From NCBI GenBank assembly GCA_038065255.1, contig JBBTRI010000010.1, positions 1 to 57,761 of the forward strand: a stretch of DNA of 57,761 nucleotides, written 5' to 3'. Positions 45,866 to 55,963 of the stretch are shown here, one piece after another. Numbering within the stretch: the stretch's first letter is position 1; every line of letters begins with the position of its first letter. A model generated the notes under the pieces. It saw nothing but the letters and a program-made list of their open reading frames with translations. It did no database searches and was not told where the DNA came from. A program made the position numbers and the translations under genes. Source of the stretch: Patescibacteria group bacterium (lineage in GTDB: Bacteria; Patescibacteriota; Patescibacteriia; JACQRZ01).

Positions 45866-47637
45866 ACAGAGGCTGTAAGCACTGATCGTCTCATACCTAT
45901 AATAGAAATTTGTATGCTCTTTGAGCCATTCCACTCATTTTCATCCAATTCACAGGCAATATCAACGTAGTCACCGACATCAAGATCCTTCACGGTATCG
46001 CTTAAGGAAAAACCAATACATTGCTTGCGAATGGAATCTTGTTGAATGGTGAAACGCACATGTTTTCCCGTCTTACCAACACACTGTTTGTTTTCAATTT
46101 TCACACCTTTTAATACAATTTTTGGTTTACTATTCTCCTGTCCGTAGGGTTCAAATTTTTTGAGTTGACTAAGCATATCCCATGAAATATCCGAAAGCCT
46201 CGCCTCAGCATCTAAGTGAAGCGGGATAGAAGAATCATGCTCACCCTGTATCCGCTTATTACCGATAGACTCAAGCGATTGGCGCACATCCTCTACGGAA
46301 GATTCCTTTTTTAACGCAAATCCACCAGCTGCCTGATGACCTCCATATCTGTCAAAATAATGGCTTATCTCTGAAAAGGCATGAGCAATATGAAAACCGC
46401 CAATACTTCGAGCAGCACCCGAAACACTTCCGTTACCGCTTGTCATTAATACAACTGGTTTTCTATAGTAATCACACAATCTACCGGCAACAAGTCCAAG
46501 AATGCCGAGTGGCCATTCGTCACCATTTCCCACAAGAATCTTTTTTTCTTCTGCGTGGTATATATCAAGCTGTTCTCGAACATCAGAAACAAGTTGCTCA
46601 GTTTTCTTTTGACGTTCGGTATTTTTCTTTTCTAAAATTTCAGCAAGTTGCTCGGCGCGTTCAACTGAAGACGTAGTAAGTAAATCAAATGCCAATTGAG
46701 CGTGTTCCATTCTACTTGCTGCGTTAATCCTTGGTGCAAGAAAGAAACTAACAGCCCTACTGGTAAGCTTCATATTGCGGTCTCTCATTCGCTTAAGTAA
46801 TGCTTGTAGGCCGGGGCGCTGCGTTTTGTGAAGTACGCGAAGACCATAACGTACAAACATTCTATTCTCGCCTTGAAGAGGAACGCAATCCCCAATTGTT
46901 GAAAGGCATACTAAGTCTAATAGCCATTTTTCATATGCCGACCAATCAACGGAAGTCCCCTTTTCGCTTTTTGCCATTGATCTTCGAAGCTCAATATCAC
47001 TGTTTGACGAACGAATAAGCGCTTGGGCTAATTTATATGCCGTACCTCCACCTGCTAAATTTTTACATGGATATGCTTGTGCCCGCACTAATGGATGGAT
47101 GATAGCGCACGCTGCTGGCATATCATCTGTTGAGGATGGCACCGTATGGTGATCTGTAATAATAACATCCGCTCCATACTGTTTAGCAAAAGCAATTTCT
47201 GCTGCATTTGAGATTCCGCAATCAGTTGTGATAAAAAGTGTCGTGCCATCGTTGATGCATTTTTGTATGGCACTTTTCTGAAGTCCATAGCCATCGTGCT
47301 CACGATGATTCATATATGCACCGACATTACCGCCTAACTGTCTAATCGTCAGATAGAGCAGTGCACCCGAAGACAGTCCATCTACATCATAATCGCAATA
47401 AATCGTCATCTGCTCACCCCGTGCAAGGGCAGATGCTATACGATCCACTGCTATCGTCATATCTTCAAATAAAAACGGATCGTTACAATCACGATAATAA
47501 TCAGGATTCAAAAAAATCTCTGCATCTTCTTTTGTGTGTATACCGCGTTGAGCCAGAATCGATGCAATAGTCGGATGATATGCTTCAATGAGTTCTGTAC
47601 TAGGTATGGCTGAAGGGAAAATCCATGTATAACCCAT
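45862..47637 (-). CDS. recJ: single-stranded-DNA-specific exonuclease RecJ
   Basis: DHH-family motifs CDYDVDGLSSG, TTDCG and ITDHH, followed by a DHHA1 domain and a C-terminal OB-like region. Confidence 0.92.
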   Translation of the reverse strand: MGYTWIFPSAIPSTELIEAYHPTIASILAQRGIHTKEDAEIFLNPDYYRDCNDPFLFEDMTIAVDRIASALARGEQMTIYCDYDVDGLSSGALLYLTIRQLGGNVGAYMNHREHDGYGLQKSAIQKCINDGTTLFITTDCGISNAAEIAFAKQYGADVIITDHHTVPSSTDDMPAACAIIHPLVRAQAYPCKNLAGGGTAYKLAQALIRSSNSDIELRRSMAKSEKGTSVDWSAYEKWLLDLVCLSTIGDCVPLQGENRMFVRYGLRVLHKTQRPGLQALLKRMRDRNMKLTSRAVSFFLAPRINAASRMEHAQLAFDLLTTSSVERAEQLAEILEKKNTERQKKTEQLVSDVREQLDIYHAEEKKILVGNGDEWPLGILGLVAGRLCDYYRKPVVLMTSGNGSVSGAARSIGGFHIAHAFSEISHYFDRYGGHQAAGGFALKKESSVEDVRQSLESIGNKRIQGEHDSSIPLHLDAEARLSDISWDMLSQLKKFEPYGQENSKPKIVLKGVKIENKQCVGKTGKHVRFTIQQDSIRKQCIGFSLSDTVKDLDVGDYVDIACELDENEWNGSKSIQISIIGMRRSVLTASV

Positions 47638-47639
47638 AC

Positions 47640-47954
47640 CTATACCGGGTACTTCTTTTTCCTTGATCCAAATAGAAGATACATGGCAGTTCCTCCGGTT
47701 AAGGCAAGAAGACCCACAGAACCTATGGTAATTTTTTGATAGGCGGTAAGAGAATCAAGGAGTGATGGCTTCCTAACCCGAGTATTATAGGGGGTTGCCT
47801 CAACACGTGCGCTTACCGTTGCCGCCTGTTGCTGTGCCCGCATTTCTCGTGAAACAAACAGTAATGATGTTACAAGCATTATAAACACAGCCGCAATCAT
47901 AAGTTTTTGTTCATAATGCATACCCGAAGCACTAGGCGCTATTGATTTCTTCAT
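47640..47954 (-). CDS. small two-TM membrane protein, unknown function
   Basis: 104-aa ORF packed 2 nt downstream of... upstream of recJ. It has two hydrophobic helices and a basic C-terminal tail (RKKKYPV). Confidence 0.5.
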   Translation of the reverse strand: MKKSIAPSASGMHYEQKLMIAAVFIMLVTSLLFVSREMRAQQQAATVSARVEATPYNTRVRKPSLLDSLTAYQKITIGSVGLLALTGGTAMYLLFGSRKKKYPV

Positions 47955-48094
47955 ATATTAATAGTATGACATGTTAAATTGCAGTACGAGTGAAAGGACC
48001 ATACTTAAAACAATAATTGTTGAAAAAATAATCCATAGAACTCGTTGTTTCTTTTTTGATAGCATATATATAGATAAGTATATCAAAAGGTGGG

Positions 48095-49882
48095 TTATTT
48101 ACGCAATACACTCAGATATGCTTCCGGCGGTAACTCAACATGACCACCCTGCTTCATTCTCTTTTTTCCCTTTTTTTGTTTTTCTAGCAATTTTTGCTTT
48201 CGCGTTACATCTCCCCCATAAAGTTTTGCAGTCACATCCTTTCTATAGGGCGCTATTCTTTCGGACGCAATTACTTTGCTGCCGATTGCAGCTTGAATTT
48301 TTACTTCAAATTGCTGGCGTTCAATGACTTTTTTAAGAGACTCAACAATTTTCCTTCCAACATGATATGCCTGATTTCTATAGACTAACGAAGTTAATTC
48401 CTCTACAATTTCATCGCTCACACGAATATCAAGCTTTACAACATCTGCTTCGCGATATCCGCAGAGTTCATAATTCATAGATGCGTAGCCTGATGAAATA
48501 CTTTTGATACTGTCATAAAAATCCACAAGTATTGCTGAAAGTGGCAGTTCAAAATGCAGAATGACCCTCCTATCTCCTGATTTCATTTCAGTTAGCAGGT
48601 ATTCAGTATTTTTATACACCCCTTGCTTTTCCATAACGAGAGATATCAGTGGCCCTATAGTAGACTCTTGCGATAAAATATCCACAAGCGTCCAGGGTTC
48701 TTCAATTCGTTCAATAGCACTCTCATCTTCAAGTTCAAGAGGACTGTGTATGATGATTTCTTGATTGTTTTTTGAAAAAACCCGATACGCAACCGATGGA
48801 ACGGTGATGATGATATCAAGCTGGTATTCTCTTCGCAATCTCTCTTGGACTATCTCCAAATGCAGCATGCCAAGAAATCCACATCGAAATCCAAAACCAA
48901 GCGCAGGTGAATGTTCCGGCTCAAAGGTAAATGCAGCATCGTTGAGCCTTAGTTTCTCAACCGCATCGCGTAAACGTTTAAATTCATCACCAATTTTACA
49001 AAAGATACCGGCAAACACCATTGGCTTTACTTCCTTATAACCAGGCAGAGGGAGTGATGCAGTATTATTACTCTGAACAATAGTATCGCCCACTCGGCAT
49101 TGCCGCACATCTTTCAATCCCGTTACAATATACCCAATTTCACCGACAAGAAGTGAATCCGAAGAAACATACTGTGGCCTAAAATACCCGCATTCAAGGA
49201 CCTTTCCACTACTACCACTAGCCATAAACCGTATATTTTGTTCACGAGGAATCACTCCATCAACAACACGAACATACGCCACGACCCCCCGAAACTCATC
49301 ATAAACGGAATCAAAGATAAGTGCACGAGTAGGAGATGTGTCGCTTTGAGTAGGAGGAGGAATCCTATTAATGATCGCATTGATTAGCTCAGGCACTCCT
49401 TCACCGGTCTTTGCAGAAACGCTAAGGATGTCATCCCGTGAGCATCCGATGAGACTCTGTACTTCTGCAGCTGCATCTTCAATTCTAGCGCTTGCTAAAT
49501 CAATTTTATTCAACACAGGGATGATGGTAAGATTTTGTTCAAGTGCCAAATATACATTTGCAATCGTCTGTGCTTGTACGCCCTGGGTTGCGTCAACAAG
49601 AAGGATTGCTCCCTCCACAGCTGTAAGTGAACGTGAAACTTCATAGCTAAAGTCTACATGACCCGGAGTATCAATGAGATTGAGTATAGTGTTGTTATAT
49701 TCCATGCGCACTGGCTGAAGCTTAATGGTAATCCCTCGCTCTCGTTCAAGATCCATTTGATCAAGAAGTTGATCTTTCATTTCACGCTTCGATACTGTTG
49801 CAGTGTGTTCTATAAGACGGTCTGCCAATGTTGATTTGCCATGATCGATGTGAGCAATAATGCAAAAATTGCGGATATTCAT
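48095..49882 (-). CDS. lepA: elongation factor 4 (LepA)
   Basis: MNIRNFCIIAHIDHGKSTLADRL (G1), DTPGHVDF, NKID, and the LepA-specific C-terminal domain. The track start at 49906 is GTG, and the ATG is at 49882. Confidence 0.96.
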   Translation of the reverse strand: MNIRNFCIIAHIDHGKSTLADRLIEHTATVSKREMKDQLLDQMDLERERGITIKLQPVRMEYNNTILNLIDTPGHVDFSYEVSRSLTAVEGAILLVDATQGVQAQTIANVYLALEQNLTIIPVLNKIDLASARIEDAAAEVQSLIGCSRDDILSVSAKTGEGVPELINAIINRIPPPTQSDTSPTRALIFDSVYDEFRGVVAYVRVVDGVIPREQNIRFMASGSSGKVLECGYFRPQYVSSDSLLVGEIGYIVTGLKDVRQCRVGDTIVQSNNTASLPLPGYKEVKPMVFAGIFCKIGDEFKRLRDAVEKLRLNDAAFTFEPEHSPALGFGFRCGFLGMLHLEIVQERLRREYQLDIIITVPSVAYRVFSKNNQEIIIHSPLELEDESAIERIEEPWTLVDILSQESTIGPLISLVMEKQGVYKNTEYLLTEMKSGDRRVILHFELPLSAILVDFYDSIKSISSGYASMNYELCGYREADVVKLDIRVSDEIVEELTSLVYRNQAYHVGRKIVESLKKVIERQQFEVKIQAAIGSKVIASERIAPYRKDVTAKLYGGDVTRKQKLLEKQKKGKKRMKQGGHVELPPEAYLSVLRK

Positions 49883-49886
49883 ATAG

Positions 49887-50681
49887 TTAACGTGGTGCAA
49901 TAACACCTACAGTGCGCACTGTATCAAGGGGTTGAGCAGGGATAATTGTTGTCTGCTGAAAAAGATCATTCGGTGTACTTGTAATATCATTCACTGTACC
50001 AATAAAAAGCCCTGGAGGTATGGTGCTATTTAAGGCAGATGTCATGACACTATCTCCCTGCATAAGTTGCTTTTTTTGTTCAACACGATCAAGTACAATG
50101 CCGGTTTGAAAACTTCCATGTACAATGCCAGAAAGCTCAACGCCATCCTTTATTATTGAAACAATGATATTACTCTTATCGTTGTTTGGCAATCTCACAT
50201 AGCTCGACAGATTTCGTGTCTTTACAATTTGTCCAACATACATTCCATTCCCTGTTGTCACCGCAGACTGTTCTTTGATCCCATCATCACTCCCCTTGTC
50301 AATAATCATGAGATTTGTTCCAGTCTCCGAACTCATACCAATGACATGAGCATAGATAATAGTGTGAGTATCTCTTTTTTTAAAATCAAGTTGCTTGCGC
50401 AATGCAATATTTTCAATTTCAAAATGCCTATACTGTTCATTCTCAATACGCAACTGAGTTATAGTTTGCTCCATGGTCTTAATAGTAGACGGTAAGACTG
50501 TAGATACTCGTATTGAATCAGTAATTGAGCGAAACACACCTGATAATCCTGAAAGTGGTTTTTCGAGAATCGGTTGTACCGGCCTTATGATTGCATCTAG
50601 AATACCTAGACTATTAAAAACAATAAGAATAAGGCTTATGCTAGTAATGATACCGGTCCATTGTAATAAGCGTTGCCTCAT
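49887..50681 (-). CDS. mreC: rod shape-determining protein MreC
   Basis: N-terminal TM segment, a coiled coil, then beta-barrel motifs (GMYVGQIV, PPGLFIGTV). The ATG at 50681 overlaps the mreB stop (ATGA). Confidence 0.85.
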   Translation of the reverse strand: MRQRLLQWTGIITSISLILIVFNSLGILDAIIRPVQPILEKPLSGLSGVFRSITDSIRVSTVLPSTIKTMEQTITQLRIENEQYRHFEIENIALRKQLDFKKRDTHTIIYAHVIGMSSETGTNLMIIDKGSDDGIKEQSAVTTGNGMYVGQIVKTRNLSSYVRLPNNDKSNIIVSIIKDGVELSGIVHGSFQTGIVLDRVEQKKQLMQGDSVMTSALNSTIPPGLFIGTVNDITSTPNDLFQQTTIIPAQPLDTVRTVGVIAPR

Positions 50682-51748
50682 CTTCGTTTTGCCGACCACC
50701 CTTGAGTAGTCGTAGGTACCATAACAGTTCGCAAGAAATCAAGGTCTGCCAAAAGTACTGCCGTACCGCGCACAACACAGGTAAGCGGATCATCAGCAAT
50801 AATGACCGGTATGCCCGTTGCTTCAGCAATCAAACGATCTAAGTTTCGCAACAGGGCTCCGCCGCCGGTAAGGAGCAATCCATTTTCATATATATCTGAG
50901 ACTAGCTCTGGTGGCGTATTTTCGATAGTAGCTTTTATAGTATTAATTACGAGCTGGACGGAGCGCGACATAGCATCTCTGACTTGAGTATCATCCATAA
51001 TTATTTCTTTTGGCAATCCAGTTGCAAGGTCCCGTCCCCTCACCTTCATAGCTAATGTATCGTCAAGATGCATGGCTGAACCAATCTTAATTTTGACATA
51101 TTCAGCTGTTCGCTCGCCAAGAAGAATGCTAAAAAAATCACGAGCGTATTTGATAATATCATCATTCAGCTCATTACCTGCGGTTTTAAGTGAACGTGAA
51201 GAAACGATTCCACCTAATGAAATTACTGCAATATCCGTAGTACCGCCGCCTATATCAACAGCTATATGTCCGCTTGATTCTTGAACAGGAATTCGAGCGC
51301 CAATTGCTGCTGCCATAGGCTGCTCAATAAGATACACTTCGCGTGCTCCGGCTGAGAGAGCCGCATCTTCAACGGCCTTACGCTCCACTTCGGTAATATC
51401 AAGCGGAATGCCTATAACAACGCGTGGCCGAGGAGAAAAGCCAAATGCTTCTTTATGTACTTTCTTAATAAAATATTTCAGCATTTTTTCTGTTACTTCA
51501 AAATCAGAAATCACCCCATCCACAAGTGGTTTTGTTGCAACAATATGCGCGGGCGTACGGCCAACCATTTTATATGCCTCATGCCCCACTGCAAGTATTT
51601 GATCAGTCCTCATATTCACGGCCACAACCGACGGTTCATTAATGACAATTCCTCTTTCTCGCACATATACAAGAGTATTTGCCGTACCGAGATCGATACC
51701 AAGATCTACAGAGAATCTGCCAAATATTTTATTAACGATACTTGTCAT
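50678..51748 (-). CDS. mreB: rod shape-determining actin homologue MreB
   Basis: Contains DLGIDLGTANTLVY, VDIGGGTTDIAV and LTGGGALLRNLD. Confidence 0.97.
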   Translation of the reverse strand: MTSIVNKIFGRFSVDLGIDLGTANTLVYVRERGIVINEPSVVAVNMRTDQILAVGHEAYKMVGRTPAHIVATKPLVDGVISDFEVTEKMLKYFIKKVHKEAFGFSPRPRVVIGIPLDITEVERKAVEDAALSAGAREVYLIEQPMAAAIGARIPVQESSGHIAVDIGGGTTDIAVISLGGIVSSRSLKTAGNELNDDIIKYARDFFSILLGERTAEYVKIKIGSAMHLDDTLAMKVRGRDLATGLPKEIIMDDTQVRDAMSRSVQLVINTIKATIENTPPELVSDIYENGLLLTGGGALLRNLDRLIAEATGIPVIIADDPLTCVVRGTAVLLADLDFLRTVMVPTTTQGWSAKRR

Positions 51749-51756
51749 ATCTTATG

Positions 51757-53025
51757 CTATAGTTGCGATCTGACATGCTGTTCTTTTGCTGAATCCATAA
51801 TACGTTCAGCTGGCAACACGACCGCGTCTGCACTTGACCTTTTTTTCAATTCATACCCACCGGCAGCAATCGTCTTTTCGCTTATCACAACGCGCAAAGG
51901 TATTCCAATAAGGTCTGCATCAGCAAATTTTTGTCCTGCACTCACTCCCCTACGGTCATCGAGAAGTACCTCAATTCCTAATTCTTGCAATGCTCCCAAT
52001 AGTTTTTGAGAGCGGTCCATTATAAGCTTCTGCGTGTCTTCATCAGATGAAAAAAGCGGCACAATGTGGACCAAAAAAGGTGCAATACTTGCAGGCCAGA
52101 TGATTCCTTTTTGATCATGTGAATATTCAACAACAGTACCAAGTACGCGTGATGTGCCAATCCCGTAGCAACCCATGAGTACGGTGGGGTGCTGCCCGCT
52201 ATCATCAGTAAATGTGAGGTCAAACGGCTGTGAATATTTTGTATTTAATTTGAAGATATTACCCACCTCGCTTGCCTTGAGCTGTTCACCGATGCCCTCA
52301 CATTTGGGACATGCACCCTTTTCTGATATTTCTGAATTTACTGCGTAATCACATTTCTTGCAGTAGTAAATAGTATCCTCCCCTGTTTCAATCGGCACTT
52401 GAAATTCATGCGAATATTTTGAAAAGGTACCGCCCGATGCTTCAGTGTAATGGGCAGGTAACCCAATGCGCTGAAATATCCTTCTATACGCTTCACTCAC
52501 AATTGTATAGTATCGGTCAAGGTCTTTCTCATCAGTATGAAAAGAGTACATGTCCTTCATGCGAAACTCTCTCCCACGAAGAACGCCTGATTTTGCACGA
52601 GGCTCATCACGAAACTTTGTCTGAATTTGATACACTGCAAAGGGCAAATCCTTGTATGATTGGATAAATGATTTCATCACAGGAACAATCACCTCTTCAT
52701 GGGTTGCGCCAAGCGCATATTCACTGTCATACCGTGATTGGATTTTGAACAGTGCATCAAAATTATCCCAACGTCCTGTCTGCATCCATAATTCTTTGGG
52801 ATGAAGTGCCGGCAAGAATAATTCTTGACCGCCTATACGGTTCATTTCTTCTCTGACTATCCGCTCAATATGAGCCAATACACGATAGCCAAGAGGCAAA
52901 AATGCATATACCCCTGCCATTAGTTTACTTACAAACCCACCACGCTCTAAAAGCTGGGCATTTACTGCAAGTTCATCTTTTGGGTTTTCTCGCAGTGTCT
53001 TGGTTGACAGTTCAGATTGAAGCAT
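51757..53025 (-). CDS. proS: proline--tRNA ligase, short bacterial-type form lacking the INS editing domain
   Basis: The N-terminus is TLRENPKDELAVNAQLLERGGFV, with class II motifs FRDEPRAKSGVLRGREF and GCYGIGTSR. It is only 422 aa long. The short CxxC...CxxC segment YYCKKCDYAVNSEISEKGACPKCEG occupies the position where INS normally sits. Confidence 0.9.
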   Translation of the reverse strand: MLQSELSTKTLRENPKDELAVNAQLLERGGFVSKLMAGVYAFLPLGYRVLAHIERIVREEMNRIGGQELFLPALHPKELWMQTGRWDNFDALFKIQSRYDSEYALGATHEEVIVPVMKSFIQSYKDLPFAVYQIQTKFRDEPRAKSGVLRGREFRMKDMYSFHTDEKDLDRYYTIVSEAYRRIFQRIGLPAHYTEASGGTFSKYSHEFQVPIETGEDTIYYCKKCDYAVNSEISEKGACPKCEGIGEQLKASEVGNIFKLNTKYSQPFDLTFTDDSGQHPTVLMGCYGIGTSRVLGTVVEYSHDQKGIIWPASIAPFLVHIVPLFSSDEDTQKLIMDRSQKLLGALQELGIEVLLDDRRGVSAGQKFADADLIGIPLRVVISEKTIAAGGYELKKRSSADAVVLPAERIMDSAKEQHVRSQL

Positions 53026-53052
53026 AGAGATCTGCGCAAAGCTTAAATAAAA

Positions 53053-54639
53053 TTAATTAGAGAGAAGAGAATTGCCTGTCATCTCTGATGGTTTTTCCAT
53101 GCCCATGAGACTGAGTACTGTGGGAGCAACATCGGATAGTAGACCGCTCGGTTCTAACGCACTTAAATCCTTGCCGATTGCACGGTCAGTGAATCCGCTT
53201 GTTTTTCCCTCAAGTTCCTTTGTAATAATAATACATGGCACCGGATTATTTGTATGCTCTTTATCGATTCTGCCTGTTGCAAGATCAAGCATTGTTTCTG
53301 CATTTCCATGATCAGCCGTAATAAGTACACTTCCATTTCGGGCAAGTACTTCAGGAATAATCTGAGATAGACAATCATCAATCGTCTCCACTGCTTTGAT
53401 AGTTGCTTTTAAATTCCCTGTATGCCCTACCATATCAGAATTAGCAAAATTTAAGGCAATAAAATCATATTCATTACTCTCAATTGCCTTTACTGCTTCT
53501 TTTGCTATCTCGCGCGCGCTCATCTCGGGTTTTTTATCATAGGAATCAACCGGAGGCGAGGGTAGCATGATACGTTTTTCATTGAGAAACGGTTCTTCGC
53601 GACCATCATTCAGAAAGTAGGTGATGTGGGCATATTTTTCTGTTTCTGCTATATGGATTTGTTTTAGTCCATGCGTACTTATCCATTCTGCAATACAATT
53701 TTTTACTACTTGAGGACCAAAGGCTACAGAAACCGGGAGATCTTTTTCATACTCCGTCATGGTCACAAAAAAAAGATTATCAATTCTTTTTCGTTCGAAT
53801 TTATCAAATGTATCATCCATAAAAGCGTGGGTCATCTGACGTGCACGATCAGCCCGAATATTGGTGAAGATAACCGCATCGCCGGCAACGATAGGAGCTA
53901 GCGGCTTTCCATCTTTGGTAATAACTGCCGGAACAAACTCCTCATCGTACACAGATGCAGCGTAGGATTTTTCTACCGCATCCACTGCACTCTCATACTG
54001 ATGATCCGAAATACCTTCTGCAATCGCTCGATATGCCTTTTCTTCTCGATCCCAGTGATGATCCCTATCCAACGCATAAAATCTGCCAGATAGCGATGCA
54101 ATCTGCGCACCAACAGCATCACACTTTTCGGCTACCGCATTTACAAATTGAATGCCTTGAGCGTAGGGTGTATCTCTGCCGTCAAGAATGATATGTAGTG
54201 CAATTTTTTGAACATTCTGTTGTTTACACAATTCAAGAAGTGCAAACAAATGTTCAATATGACTATGAACGCCACCGGAACTTACAAGTCCAAGCAGATG
54301 AAGTGTACCTCCGGATTTTTTGCAATGTTCTAGCGCTTGAAGGAATACTGAATTACTAAAAAACGAACCCTGAGAAATTGCGTTATTAATGCGGGAAAGC
54401 TCTTGAAAAATAATCCGTCCCGCGCCAATACTCATATGTCCCACTTCGGAATTTCCAACCTCACTCCATGGCAGCCCTGTTGCCTCGCCGGAGGCCTGTA
54501 GTGTTAACGTTGGGTAATTCTGAATAGCGCTCTCGTATGCGGGAGTTTTTGCTTGGGCAATCGCATTTGCCTGGGACGGCACCGCAACTCCCCAACCATC
54601 AAGAACAATTAAAACTGTCGGCTTATGCTGTTGAGCCAT
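53053..54639 (-). CDS. gpmI: 2,3-bisphosphoglycerate-independent phosphoglycerate mutase
   Basis: Contains VLIVLDGWG, NSEVGHMSIGAGR, GGVHSH and TADHGNAE. Confidence 0.96.
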   Translation of the reverse strand: MAQQHKPTVLIVLDGWGVAVPSQANAIAQAKTPAYESAIQNYPTLTLQASGEATGLPWSEVGNSEVGHMSIGAGRIIFQELSRINNAISQGSFFSNSVFLQALEHCKKSGGTLHLLGLVSSGGVHSHIEHLFALLELCKQQNVQKIALHIILDGRDTPYAQGIQFVNAVAEKCDAVGAQIASLSGRFYALDRDHHWDREEKAYRAIAEGISDHQYESAVDAVEKSYAASVYDEEFVPAVITKDGKPLAPIVAGDAVIFTNIRADRARQMTHAFMDDTFDKFERKRIDNLFFVTMTEYEKDLPVSVAFGPQVVKNCIAEWISTHGLKQIHIAETEKYAHITYFLNDGREEPFLNEKRIMLPSPPVDSYDKKPEMSAREIAKEAVKAIESNEYDFIALNFANSDMVGHTGNLKATIKAVETIDDCLSQIIPEVLARNGSVLITADHGNAETMLDLATGRIDKEHTNNPVPCIIITKELEGKTSGFTDRAIGKDLSALEPSGLLSDVAPTVLSLMGMEKPSEMTGNSLLSN

Positions 54640-54682
54640 ACATATAATCTATCACTACCTTTATCATTAGGGAGACAGGTAC

Positions 54683-55945
54683 TTACTGATGAGCAGTTAA
54701 TTCATACTCTATCTCCATGAGTCTGTTATATTTCTCTACACGGTCAGATCGAGAAAGGCTGCCAGTCTTTATGAACTCAGCATTTACTGCAACTGCCAGA
54801 TCAGCAATGGTCGTATCACCTGTTTCACCCGATCGATGAGAAATAATTACCTTATAACCATGATCTTTTGCAGTCATGATGCAATCGATAGTTTCAGTAA
54901 GCGTTCCTATCTGATTGAGTTTAATCAAGATAGCATTTGCAACCTTTTTGTCAACGCCCATAGCAAGCCGTTTTAGGTTTGTTACAAATAAGTCATCACC
55001 AACAACAATAAGTTTTTTTCCGAGCTTGCGCGTCAATGTCTGCCATCCATCCCAATCATCTTCACTAAGAGGATCTTCAGCAAGAATGATGGGATATTTT
55101 TTGCGCCACATTTCCAGCAACTCTATCATTTGATCAGATCGCAAACCCTTACTTGGAGTAAGGTAGTAAAGATTGCTTTTTTGATCGTAAAATTCAGATG
55201 CAGCCAAGTCCATTCCCAGATAAGCGTCCTTGCCTGGTATATACCCCGCTAGTTCAATCGCCTTAACGATATACGAGAGTGCTTTTTCATTTGCACTGAG
55301 TGTTGGTGCAAAACCACCCTCATCGCCAACAAGAGTTAAAAGCCCCTTCTTTTTTAGCAGGTCGTGAAGTGCATGAAATATTTCAGCGCCCTTTCTTACT
55401 TGTTCCGTGAGTGTTTTTGCCATCGGTATGACCATAAACTCCTGGATATTCAAACCACTATCGGCATGTTTGCCGCCATTTAAGATATTCATGGTCGGCT
55501 GCGGCATGGTATAGCCATTAAGCTTGAGTTTGAATGTGGAGCGTATCGAGCGATAGAGCGGTTGACTTATTGATTGTGATGCGGCATGCGCAACAGCAAG
55601 CGACACTCCAAGCAGTGCATTTGCTCCAAGGCGGGATTTATTCTCGGTTCCATCGAGTTTGCACATTTTATCGTCAATCAATCGTTGCTCTGAAGCATCC
55701 ATTCCCTTAATTGCGCGTGCTAGTTCATTGTTTATATTTGCAACAGCCTTCAGGACTCCCTTGCCGTTATAGCGCTTTTTATCACCATCACGGAGTTCAA
55801 GTGCTTCATGGCTGCCAGTGGATGCGCCTGATGGCACTGATGCAGTACCAACACTTCCATCTTGTAATTCTACAACTGCTCGAACCGTTGGATTTCCGCG
55901 AGAATCAAGAATTTCATATCCTCGCACATAGGTAATTTTTGCCAT
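54683..55945 (-). CDS. eno: enolase
   Basis: Contains YEILDSRGNPTV, SGASTG, IKLNQIGTLTET and SHRSGETGDT. Confidence 0.97.
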   Translation of the reverse strand: MAKITYVRGYEILDSRGNPTVRAVVELQDGSVGTASVPSGASTGSHEALELRDGDKKRYNGKGVLKAVANINNELARAIKGMDASEQRLIDDKMCKLDGTENKSRLGANALLGVSLAVAHAASQSISQPLYRSIRSTFKLKLNGYTMPQPTMNILNGGKHADSGLNIQEFMVIPMAKTLTEQVRKGAEIFHALHDLLKKKGLLTLVGDEGGFAPTLSANEKALSYIVKAIELAGYIPGKDAYLGMDLAASEFYDQKSNLYYLTPSKGLRSDQMIELLEMWRKKYPIILAEDPLSEDDWDGWQTLTRKLGKKLIVVGDDLFVTNLKRLAMGVDKKVANAILIKLNQIGTLTETIDCIMTAKDHGYKVIISHRSGETGDTTIADLAVAVNAEFIKTGSLSRSDRVEKYNRLMEIEYELTAHQ

Positions 55946-55963
55946 ATGGTTAATTATTAAGAA

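Noticed and set aside
47640-47720. The C-terminal LALTGG, hydrophobic stretch and RKKK tail of the 104-aa protein as a sortase (LPXTG-like) sorting signal.
   Set aside because: The motif lacks the proline and sits inside what looks like an ordinary TM helix. No sortase is in the window, so the match is too weak to call.
47971-48327. 118-aa plus-strand ORF downstream of the small membrane gene.
   Set aside because: It overlaps the conserved 3' end of lepA on the other strand. It has a low-complexity F/L-rich sequence and no start context.
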